From assembly GCF_026210795.1 (NCBI RefSeq), contig NC_089434.1, forward strand, positions 1,860,001 to 1,924,000: a stretch of 64,000 nucleotides of DNA. Reading direction: 5' to 3'. Positions 24,519 to 36,949 of this stretch are shown in pieces. The notes under the pieces were generated by a model. It was not told the DNA's origin. It worked only from the letters and a program-made list of their open reading frames with translations, and ran no database searches. Numbering within the stretch: the first letter of the stretch is position 1; every line of letters starts with the position of its first letter. The DNA comes from Rhizophagus irregularis (lineage: Eukaryota). A program made the position numbers and the translations under genes.

Positions 24519-27500
24519 TTATTTATAACTTTGATGTCCTGCTTTTTCATACCAGTAAATGGCTTTTTCTGTACATTTCTTTGTCCCTTCTCCTCGTTCA
24601 TACAAAAGTGCAAGACTTTTTTGTGCATCACGATTTTTCTTTCTAGCAGCTACTTTATAAAATTCAAACGCCTTTTCTTTATCAATATTAACTCCAATTC
24701 CATGATCGTGACAATATCCAACTCTATATTGAGCGTCTGCAAATCCTTGATCGGCAGATTTTTTATAGAATTCAAATGCTTTAATTTCGTCCTTTTCAAC
24801 ACCCTTTCCATTTTCATATAATAATCCTAGATTATATTGTGCTACTTCATCTCCATTATCTGCCGCTTTTTGATACCAATAAACTGCTTTTTCTAAACTC
24901 TTTTCGATACCCATACTACTTTCATAACAATATCCAAGTTGATTTTGTGCATCGTTATAATCATTTTCAGCTGACTTTTTATACAATTCAAATGCTTTAA
25001 TTTCATCTTTTTCAATGCCCTTTCCATTTTCGTATAATAATCCCAGATTATATTGCGCTACTTCATCTCCATTATCAGCTGCTTTTTGATACCAATAAAC
25101 TGCTTTTTCTAAATTCATTTCGGTAATTATGCCGCTCTCATAGTAATATCCAAGTTTACTTTGTGCATAACTATAATTTTGCTCAGCTGACTTTTTATAC
25201 AATTCAAATGCTTTGATTTCATCCTTTTCAATACCATCTCCAAATTCATAACATTCACCTAAATTATATTGTGCAATTTTATTCCCATTTTCTGCTGCTT
25301 TTTGATACCAATAAACTGCTTTTTTAAAATCTTTGTTTATACCTATACCAACTTTATAATAATATCCTAAACTATTTTGCGCATCAACATATTCTTGCTC
25401 AGCTGATTTCTTATACAATTCAAATGCTTTGATTTCATCTTTTTCAATACCATCTCCAAATTCATAACATTCACCTAAATAATATTGTGCAATTTTATTC
25501 CCATTTTCTGCTGCTTTTTGATACCAATAAACTGCTTTTTTAAAATCTTTTTCTATACCTATACCATTTTTATAAAAAAATCCTAAACTATTTTGTGCGT
25601 CACTATATTCTTGTTTAACAGATTTTTCAAACAATTCAAATGCTTTAACTTCATTTTTTTTAATACCAATTCCATATTGATAACATCTACCTAAATTATA
25701 TTGTGCGATTTTATTTCCACTTTCTGCTGCTTTTTGATACCAATAAGTTGCTTTTTCTAAATTTTTTTCTATACCTATACCACTTTCATAAAAATATCCA
25801 AGTTGACATTGTGCATCATTATGATTTTGTTTAGCTGATTTTTTATACAATATAAATGCTTTAACTTCATCATTTTTAATTATTTCATAATATTTACCTA
25901 AATTATATTGTGCAATTTCACTTCCATTTTCTGTTGCTTTTTGATACCAATAAAAAGCATTATCCAAATTTTTCTTTGTTCCCTTTCCATTTTCATACAA
26001 TAATCCAAGATAATTTTGCGCTTTGCTATATCCATTTTCAGCTGATTTTTTATACCATTCAAATGCTTTAAATTCATCTTTTTCAACACCTTTTCCATCT
26101 TCATAACATCTGCCTAAATTATATTGTGCAACATTAATTTCATTTTTTGCAGCTTTTTGAAACCAATAAAAAGCTTTTTTCAAATTCTTTTTTACTCCTT
26201 TTTCATTTTCATATAAAAATCCAAGATTATTTTGTGCATAACTATTATTTCCTTTCTTCGCAGATTTTTTATACCATTTAAATGCTTTGACTTCATCTTT
26301 TTCAACACCATAACCATCTTCATAACATTTAGCCAAATTATATTGTGCAATTTCATTTCCGTTTTCTGCTGCTTTTTGATACCAATAAAATGCTTTTTCT
26401 AAATCCTTTTCTGTACCAATACCATTTTCATAAAAAAATCCAAGATTATTTTGTGCCAAGTTATAATTTCCCTCGTCAGCTGATTGCATATATAATTCAA
26501 ATGATTTAATTTCATTTTTTTCAATACCAATACCATATTGATAACATCTACCTAAATTATATTGACCAATTTTATTTTCATTTTCTGCAGCTTTTTGATA
26601 CCAATGAAAAGCTTTTTCTGAATCTTTTTTGATCCCCTTTCCATTTTCAAATAATATTCCAAGATTATTTTGTGCATTACCATAATTACCTTCTTCGGCA
26701 GCTATTTTAAATAATTCAAAAGCCATCGTATTATTAATATCAGTTCCAATTCCTTTATAATAACAACATCCAAGTAAAAATTTTGAAACAATATTTTCTC
26801 GATCAGCTGATTTTTTATAAAGTTCAAATGCTTTTTTTTCATCTTTTTTGATTCCTTTTCCATGTTGATAACATTTACCTAAATGATACAATGCACTTAA
26901 ATTTCCATGATTAGCCGCTCTTTCATACCAATAAAAAGCTTTATTTAAATCCACATTTGTTCCTTTACCATCTTCATATAAATTACCAAGATAAAGTTGA
27001 CCACATATACTATTATTCTTTATAGAATTATTTAAACAATTAATTGCTAAATCACTATTAATTTCAGTTCCAACTCCTGTTTGATAACATTTACTTAAAT
27101 AAACTTGTGCAATATTATAATTATCTTCTGATGCTTTTGAAAATAATTTAAAAGCTTCATCATTATCCTTATCTACAATAATACCATTATAATAAAGAAA
27201 ACCGAGAAAGAAAATATATTGAGGATTATTTGATTGATTTTTTATAAGCCAATTAAATATATTATTTGTTTGATTTGAAAGAGTAATATAATGATTAATA
27301 AATTGATTCGTTTCTAAAAAATTATATCCTTCCTTATCTTGTATTTCAATTAATAAAGAAATTAATTTATCAATAATTGAATCTATAGAATCAAATATTT
27401 CATTAAATAGTTTTCTAACTTGTTTTATTATATATGGTAAAATTTTATTTTCTAACGTATCTAAATCATATTTTAATATAAAATCACTTATTACCAAATC

Positions 27501-28715
27501 ATCAAATTCATTATCTATTGATATAGGATTAGAATTTATCTCTTTTGGTAATTCTTTCTTACATATAATAGCACTAATACATTCGTTGTGTTCTTTAGAT
27601 ATAATTGATTTTAAAGATAAAACAACTTGTTGTATAGCAGGTCTTTTATCAGGATCATTTAACCAACATGCTAAATTGATTTTTTTATAAGAGTTTAGAG
27701 AGTCAATGTAAATAAATATTCAAATAATAAAATTCATACTAAATAAATAATTTACCTTTATATAAATTACTATATTCGGGTGGTGTATCTTCAATAATAT
27801 TCTCTCTTTTTCCATTTTTTATATTTATAGCCAAACATACATCATATTGTGTATCTTCATCATAAAAAGGTCTACGTCCACTTGATAGTTGCCATAAAAG
27901 AACTCCAATACTATAGATATCTGATTTAGTAGTTATTGCATATGATTGATCATTTAAGCATTTTGGATCTACGTATGGTAACACACCGTATACATCCTTA
28001 AGATAAATTGATGCTTCAGATGTCTTCCTAGATAGACCAAAATCCGCCAATTTAATATTATTCTGATGTATAAGTACATTATGTGCATGCTAAGACATAG
28101 AATTAAATTAAAATTAGTAATTTTATATAATACTGCATTTAAATATTAAGAAATTATTACCAAATCGCAATGAATTATTCCTTCGTTATGAATACATTCT
28201 ACAGCACTTGCAAGTTGTAATGCTAACCGATATTTATCACACCATTCAAGCTTATTAAAATTTTCCTTTAAATAAGAATGTAATGAACCGCTGTCAGCAT
28301 ACTCTATAACCAATGAAAATTTATTCATTTGATTTTCTAATCTTGAAATTCCATAAAATCGTAAAATATTTGGATGAAAATCGATTTCTCGTTGTATTTT
28401 TAACTAAAAAAGGATTTTTAATATTATTAATTCATATAATTCATTAAATAAAGTTATTACAGAAAATAATAATCATATAAATAGAGTTATTACCTCATTC
28501 ACGATTTCTTTAATAGTCAATTTATACGAAGATTTAATGACAAGAGGAGAGTCAGCTCCTTTCCAATTCGCTTGATAAATCTTTCCAGCTGAACCATTAC
28601 CATTAATTTCTTTTATATTGGTAAATTCGGAACAATTATAATATTTAATATAGTTTTCGTTAATCGCTTTTTCTACCCAATCAACGGAATCATCGGTTTG
28701 TTTGTCGATCGTCAT
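24519..28715 (-). CDS. TKL-type protein kinase + ~25 Sel1-like repeats (paralog B), 4 exons
   Basis: Exons at about 28715-28494, 28403-28161, 28089-27756 and 27670-24519, with the same intron positions as paralog A. Motifs IHCDLHAHNVL and ADFGLS; 992-aa ORF of Sel1 repeats. Confidence 0.93.
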
Positions 28716-29446
28716 TTTTGTACAAATAAATAAATAAAAAAAAAGGTATTAAAAAATAAAAAGCAAAAAAGAAAGATTTAACTCATTAATTCAAATAAAC
28801 AAATAATTAATTAATTAAAAAAAAAATTTTTTAAATTTTTGTTACGGTTTATATTTCTTTTTTGTAAATATTTGTGCAATATTTTGTCAAATTGGTTTTG
28901 ATTAACAAGAATGGTATTGATAAGGAAATGAATAACCACTATTAAGTGATAAACATCAAACACAATCGCATATGGCAGAACACAATGGCTTTGTTTATAC
29001 ATAAATTTACTAATTTGGTTTGCATCAACCAAGTTTGTTTATGAAAAGTAATCTAGGCCAATTCTTTGTTTAACATAACTGCCTTATTATTGAAATAATC
29101 ATAAACGATTTTCGGGATTTTTTATCTGTTATATAGTAACATGCTATGACGTAAATTATATTATTATTTTTTTTTTTTTGGTTTTTACTTTTTTAAATAA
29201 CCATTGCTTAAATTACCTAGACAAAATTTAAATTAAAAAATAAATCTTTTTATTATAGTTACTACAGTATATAGTAGCACTGCCTAAGAGACTCCCTTTC
29301 CGCGTACCCTATCGGATATTTTATTAGACAAAAAAAATTTTTTTAATTTAGACCCAGGTATAATTCAATTTTTTTAAATGAGGTAAATTGATATAGACCC
29401 GGGTATTTTATTATCCATACTTGATTTAACCATGTTCATGTGGAGG

Positions 29447-29580
29447 TTCCTTAACGTACGCACCGTGCGTACGTACATCCTATCAGAGTTTAGGAGTTAT
29501 GCACTTGCACGTGATAGCGTTAAACTTAACTCCGGCCGGTGCGTACGTTAATATCGTACACATGATGCGTAAGTTAAAGA
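29447..29580. repeat. CpG-rich palindromic mini-element
   Basis: Perfect 15-bp inverted pair TTAACGTACGCACCG (29451-29465) / CGGTGCGTACGTTAA (29537-29551), with an inner GGAGTTA/TAACTCC pair. Confidence 0.7.
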
Positions 29581-29600
29581 TGGCGGATAAGGCTTAATTA

Positions 29601-29735
29601 CCGTATTTTGCGGTATATAAGCACCCCTTTATTGCACTTAATGCCGGCCAAGATCCTCATAATTCTGGCCAAAATCGCTATAATTCTGACCAGGGGTACT
29701 TATTTTCAGGAGTGCTTACTAACCGCAAAATACGG
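29601..29735. mobile_element. Tc1/mariner-pogo-type MITE
   Basis: TA|CCGTATTTTGCGGT..TAAGCAC versus GTGCTTA..ACCGCAAAATACGG; the right flank reads AA rather than TA. Confidence 0.75.
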
Positions 29736-32200
29736 AATTGTTAGGTACACTTATTTGTATGTACTTGATATTTATGGTGCATGAGATGGTTTTGTCTGTT
29801 AAACTACTTTCCTTCCCCTCTTTTTAGTACCTTTCATCATTTCAAGGCGCGACTTCAACTCCAAAATGTCCACAAGGCTCCAACAATAATAAAAAAAAAA
29901 GAAGATGGAACGTTTAATAGTTGTTAGTACATTCGTCACCCCTGTAAAAAAGTCGATCCGTTTTTTGTATTCCATCTTTTTTCGTCAAAGGCTCATATTT
30001 ACGGAGTTTTTACAGAAATAATGGACAAAATTTTTTATAGGGCACTCCATGTAACCTATACAATCCTGATGTAACTACCAATTTGTAAAAAGAAATAACT
30101 TGCTTGAAATAAATCAGTACTTATTCGGTTTTTGCATGAATTATTGAATTATCATAATTCAAATAGTGCAATCTTTAAATCATATGATGTTACATAACAA
30201 ATGCAAAATTTTCCTTTTTCATCAGATTTTTTCTGAAGTTTATAATACTGTAATTGCTGCAAATTTCTTTTACAGTTATAGAATATAAGTATTATAATAT
30301 TATAATTATCTAAGTCTAAGGATTGTAAATTCAGGATACTTTGAATTCTCAAAAGTGAAACTATTACTTGTAAGTATTCTAATTTTTTGGTTTAAAAATT
30401 ATAAACTAAAGTGAAATCTTTAATTACTAATTTTAATTAAATACTTTATATTCATTGAAAAATGTAATTTGCAATTGTATGATCCTAATTCCTAAATCAT
30501 GTGATTATTAACCAATTAAATTTTAATTTTAATGATATTATTTGTTATTAAGAACACTTTTTAAAAATACTTTATAAAATGGAAACAAATTAATTTTTTT
30601 ATAATAAATATATGACATTATTAAATATTTTTTAAGCATTTTTAATTAACAGGTGTAAAACTGGTTTATAATAGTATATTTAAGAAATTATATCATATCA
30701 CATAATTACAAAATATTCTAAAATTTTAAATTACAATAATTCCATTTATATTAAATCTGCAAATATAAAATACATATCCTTAAAATCCACTTAGCAAGTT
30801 TTAGCAAGTTGAATTTAATTATACAAAGATATTAAAATACAATTTAAGTAAAAATAGTGATTCTATAAATATAATCTTATTTACTAATTATTTAATTTGT
30901 TTGATTAGAGCTTTCAAATAAGCTATAGATCATTAAATTCTAATTGTTAAATAGCAAATATCCTTAAAAGCTTAAAATACTATTATTATTTTTTAATTAT
31001 AAATAATCATTTAACATCTAATAACTATTTTAACCATTTTGGATTATAATTATTAATTTACAAATCTTATTTTTTTCTATTCTGTAAATTCAAGATATAT
31101 TTTTAGAATTTTGGTTAAAGTAAATTGACTTTCTTTATTAATTAAAAGTTGTTAAGCAGGTTTTAAACTGCTAGGATCTTAATTTTCATGATAGTACATT
31201 CAATATTCATAAAGTTATCTACATTTTTACAATGGTATTAATTTACAAATTTTATTTTTTTGTTCTGTGAATTCAAGACATATTTTTAGTTGAGCATTTT
31301 GAACAAAGTAAATTGATTTTCTATATTAATTGAAAGCTATTTAACTAGATTTAAAAGTACTAGAATTTACATTTTGTAATTAATACATTTAATACTTACA
31401 GAATTGTTTATTTTCTACAACTTGTACAGTTGTACTACATTTTTTAAGATAATATTTGCTGCATTTTTAAATAAATAACAAATATTTTACTATTTAAAAT
31501 TTAATTTTTAATAATTAATTTTTTAATATTTTAAATAATAATATCTATTTTTTTTAATTTAAATTTTTTTATTATTATTTTATTTATAAAAATTAAGTAG
31601 AAATTCATATAATTGTTAAAAGAAAATAATGTATTTAATTATGTAAAAGATGCTTCAAATTTGATAATATAGAATTAAGATATATACAGTAAATAGAAAG
31701 AAATATGGAGGTAAACATTTAACTAATTTGTTATGCAAAATATTAAAAAATATGATGAATTTGCTTTTTATTGAATAAATGAAAAGTTATTATATAGATT
31801 ATCCAAAGGAATATGTTTATTATATTTAACATAAAAATTTTTTGGTATTTAAACAGATTTCAACTATTTATCTTAATAGAATATTATATGAAAATATATT
31901 ATTATACAGATATGATAAACAGGAACAAGGAGGTTAATTTTAAAAAATTGTTTAATTCTGAATAAGATAGATTCCATTCACTTTTTAAACAATTACTGCA
32001 ACTAAAGCCTTTAATAAAGTGGCATAAAGGATATAGTTGATAAAAAAAAGCAAATAGTAAGCAATAGAAATCATAAGTAATATAGTTATATATAACTTTA
32101 AAGATTTATTATTTTGCATATATTAACAAACAACAATTTACTTGAATTTCTTAAATCATTTTTTTGATCAAGAATTAAAAAGAAATTTACTTTGAACCAT

Positions 32201-33215
32201 TCACTCCTTATTAACATTATCATTTAAGCCTGATTTATATCCAATAATTTCCTTTTGAGCAAGCAATAACTCATCTTGTAAACTAATAATTTTTGTTTTC
32301 AAAAATTCAACTTGAGTTGTTAATTTCATGCATCCAATACAACCAAGATTAATCAATTCCTTTATTTTAAGGGAAAAAAAGTTTATTATTATAAATATTA
32401 TTGTTAAAATAAAAAAAAACATAATTAAATATAAAATACCTTTTTAACTGATCCTTCAGCTGCTGTGTCTATTAAAGGTATTGAAGAAGATTGTTCATCA
32501 TTATCATTTGTTAGGTCTATTTGCATTGGAGAAAACTGACAATCATTTGGAGGATGAATTGTTAGAGTTGAAGAATCATCTGAAGTAATTGGAGAATTAT
32601 CTGAAATGATTGCTGAAGGAGTAATCACTGAAGTTGAAGGAGTTACAATCTAAACGTGAATAGTAGAATAAAAAAAATTAGTACAAAAATAAAGAAACAA
32701 AATTTAAAACAGCAAAACTTACCTCATCATATTTTATAAGTTTCTTTGTTTTAAATTCTTTAGCCTCAGAAAACTTTATAATCGTATATGCTGGACCAGA
32801 GAATCTTTTACCCTTCATTGTATGAAGAAATACACATGCATCTTCATATGTATTAAAATGTACAACCCCATACCTGAAAAATGTAAATTTACATTAAAGA
32901 CAAAAATACGAATAAATGAAAAATTGATATTTACTTACCCTTGTTGATCCTTCTTAATAACATGCACAAATGGAGGAGAATTTATGGATTTTAGCCATGT
33001 TTCAATTTCTTTTATACCAAGATGGTGGATATTTCCACAAAAGAAAACACTGTGGTTATCCTTTCCACATCCACTACAAGAGTTTTCTTTATAAGAAAAA
33101 ATTATATTAACATTTCGTGATAGATATAATGATAATAGTAATAAATATAATAAAGACAAAATAACTTTATAAAACATAAAATTAAGTTTTCATACTTACC
33201 AAAGAATGACGACAT
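32201..33215 (-). CDS. Hypothetical RRM-domain protein with a Ser/Thr-rich linker and C-terminal coiled coil, 5 exons
   Basis: ATG at 33215 and GT-AG introns. RNP2-like VFFCGNI and RNP1-like (R/G)YGVVHFNTYEDA; last exon CIGCMKLTTQVEFLKTKIISLQDELL. Confidence 0.65.
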
Positions 33216-34540
33216 TGCAAGGTAAATAGTAGAAAGGAAAAAGACACGTTATCAGTTATAAAAATAATTTTAGGGTATTTATATATTTATAGATTTAGTT
33301 CACGAGTTTAATGCATAATCAATTGTTTGTTACACGACTTTGAAAAATCATTTTATATTGGTTATATCGTAATAAAAAAAAAAATTTGTTCGGTCTATCG
33401 GTCTAACAAAATAAATAAACAATAAAATATATAAGGTTAAAATCAAATTTAAATCGATTAGGAAACGATCAAAAAAAATTTTTTCCTTTTTTTTTAAAAA
33501 ATTGTTAATAATTACGAGTTTTTTAAGAAATATATATATATATATATTTTTGTTTCTCATGTTCGTCCAAACAAAATTGATGTTTTATAGCAAATTTTAT
33601 ATAAAAATTGTAAATCATTTAAAAAATGGCGCGTAACAATCGACAATCGATGGCAGAAATTTATTGCTTGAAAGATATTATGGCAGAATTTGTCAATCTC
33701 TACCTGTGGTAAATTAATCATTAATGATTTAATCCACAATAATTTCATTGAGCGTTTTTTTAGTCCCGTTTCTGGTATATATGAGAGTTGTATCGTCTCT
33801 AACAATCCGGGGACACCGATTTTTAACCTGACCAAGATCTTTATCGTATAATGCTTGGATTTTAATGAGAAGTGGAGTTGCATCATTAGTTTCAACTCGT
33901 ATTTTGCTGAGAAATCTTTCGAACCGCAATATGACAATTTTTTCTCTCTAATCTCCTAAGCAAATGACTGCAAGAGTACCGTAATACATTGTTATGAACT
34001 CTGATTTTTTAACATGTCAAGATACATCCGAATTGTCGAAAATTCGAGCCATCTTAAGTATAAAATTCTAGAGATGAGAGTTTAGATATGTTTGAAATCG
34101 TCTATCTTATATCACTCTATCTTAAGGAGCACACAAGTCCTTAATAATCCCAAGTAAATTCGATACCTTTCAGCCCAGTAAACTTTATAATCAAAACGTA
34201 ATTAGCTGTGACGCTTACGTTTTTTTTAGTAACATAGAATCTGTCAAGGAAAAAATTTATGTAATATTATCTAATCTTTATTCATAAGATTAATTTATTA
34301 ACAGCTAATTCATGAACTCTAATCTATCATCAGGACATCCAAAAATGTTTTAATTAGATTAAGGTTTACATAATGAAAACTTTTTTCTAGATTAAATAAA
34401 ATAAAAAAAATTTAATTGAAAATATTGAAAATAATTTTCCGTGTTTAAAGGCCACGTGACAAAAAAAAAAATAAAATATCGGGACGACCGGAAGGTCTTT
34501 ATAATGATTATTTGAATTATTAGAAATAAATCATTATAGG

Positions 34541-36675
34541 TTATTTTCTAATGATAATAGATCCAGCATCTAATATTAATTGATCAATTTGATCTTTTAT
34601 TTAGTTATATAAGAAATAAAACGTGTATGGTTAATAAAAGTTTTTTAATATTTTTTTTTCTTGCAAAAAAAATTTATTTACCTTTAGAATCGAAGACTCT
34701 TCTTTTTCTTCCGACCAATACGACATTTTTTGTACTAGGAATTCTCAACCAATCAATTTCTGTAATAAACCCGCATTTATTTATTATATCTTGAATATAT
34801 TCTTGATATGCTTTATATTTTCCTGAAGTTATTACTTGATTCGGAAATGTATATTTTGAACCAGATAATGAATAGAAACAACATGGAATCACCATTAGCC
34901 TAATTAGAAAATAAGGAATGATTAATATTTAATTTATTTAATTAAAAAATTAAATTAAAGAAATTTAACAATAACTAACTAACTTTGTGAAAGACGATGA
35001 TTTTGAAGCTATTATAGGTATCCTACGATAATTATAACGATCAAGGATTAATCACAAGCGTCGCAAGCCAAAATAAAATATGACATTCAAAACAAGTAGC
35101 TAAATATTACCATGGAACTAATTCATCAGCATGATTCCCTATTATCCAATCTGTACTAGGGTAAGTTATTGAATTCGGCTGAATTGCCTCCTCTAAGTGA
35201 AAAAAAAAATTCTTTGAGTATTACTATCCAATAATATATATATATATATACATATAATAAAAAGAACTTACCTATCAAATTAGCGCCCTTTTCAATAAAT
35301 TTATCCCATATTTTTCTTTTTCTTAAATCTACTCCAAATCCAGTGTATCCTTCAGATGATAAAAGAAAAGTCAACAATCCGTTACCACAACCTAAATCAA
35401 TAAAAGATTGTAATTTTGAAGATTTTTGTTCAATTCTCTCTAATTCCCATAAAGAAATTAGCCAACTTGCTATAGCAATATCTTCAAATACGAATTTTAC
35501 TGGATCAGTCTTTTCCGTCCAATTTCTTTTATACGTACAATATAAGTTGTATATTAACATAGAATAAATAAATAGAATAAAGGGGAAATATAAAAAAAAA
35601 TTACCTAACTAAATCTGTCGCATATTTATTTTTTAATCTTTGATATGTTTCTTTATATAATTCTTTCGGTACTAGCAAATCATGATGAACACGCTTTTCA
35701 TAACCCATTGATGTATTTTGACACCACTTATATAATTTTTTAAATAATTGTTTATATACGTATTTCTAAATTTAAAAAATTTTAAATTTTTAATTTTTAA
35801 AGAATAAAAATGAGCAAATCAAACGACCTGTTAAAAGACATACCATTTTATCAGTAAACTGAACAGATTGTAAGGGAATAATTTCAATTGATATTTGTGA
35901 TTGATAATCCATATCTGAATCACTGTTGTACTCCTTGTAAACATAACTAAAACTAAATACCTAATTATGCAAAATTGTTAGTAAATAAATTTACTATAAA
36001 ATTATAAAATATTTAATAAAACGTTTATTACCTTCGGATAATAAAAAGGAACATTTTCTTGTGAAGATTCTTTAGAATTCGATATTATTGGTGTGTAAAT
36101 GACTCGACTTTCTAATTGAATAAATTGTGATTTACTACCATAAATTGGTTCATTAAATTTTTATAAACGCTTATATACCGTTCAAATCTTCATCCATATA
36201 ATATTCAACTAGTTCTTCTAATTCTTCATCTTTGTTCTTTCTTTTAGGAATCAATTTTCTTTTAATACTTCGTACAGGATTAATATTTGCAGACAATTCA
36301 TCATGTATTGATCCTTGATATGTTTTATTTTCAATATCACTTATAATATCTACTCGTTCAATTGGTGGAATGACTAAATATACTTCATTAGTCCAACGTT
36401 CCTATTGCAATTTTTTTAAAAAAAAGAAAAGAATCTTTCAAATAAAATATTATATACAATTCGTTTTTTTTAAAAAAAAAAGATTATATATTTACCACAA
36501 CGTTCCAAAACATGTCTTTATTAAAAGAAACATTTGCTTCTGCAATAATGTACCATAATTTATTATTCCATAATTTTGGAGGTCGATTTTCTTCATCAGA
36601 AAAATAGTATTTTGGTTCAAATGTCGCGTTGTTTATGGAATTTTCTTCTGTTAAAGTAATATTATTTGATAACAT
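34541..36675 (-). CDS. TRM44: tRNA(Ser) Um44 2'-O-methyltransferase, multi-exon
   Basis: Motifs GYEKRVHHD, WTEKTDPVKFVFEDIAIASWLISLW, FIDLGCGNGLL, GVDLRKRKIW, DWIIGNHADELVPW, VIPCCF and LRIPSTKNVVLVG; last exon ends DAGSIIIRK*. Confidence 0.93.
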
Positions 36676-36949
36676 TTATTTTAAAATTTTTTTTTTTTTT
36701 AGTTGATTGTCGAAAAAAGTCAGTCCTTTATCATGAAAACTAAATGCAATTCGACGATCAGACGATCAATAATTGATAATATCTATTTGTTGAAATTTAG
36801 CAAAAATTAAAAATTTATTAAATTTATTAGAAAATAATTATTTATTATTACGTTAACGTGCTTAGTTATTGTTCTTCAAAAACAGATTCTACTTATAATA
36901 TAATAAATAATAAATAATTTAATAAATATGTAATTCCATGGAAATCTTG

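Noticed and set aside
33557..34200. Coding-like minus-strand fragments
   Set aside because: Short, interrupted and not assignable to a family by eye.
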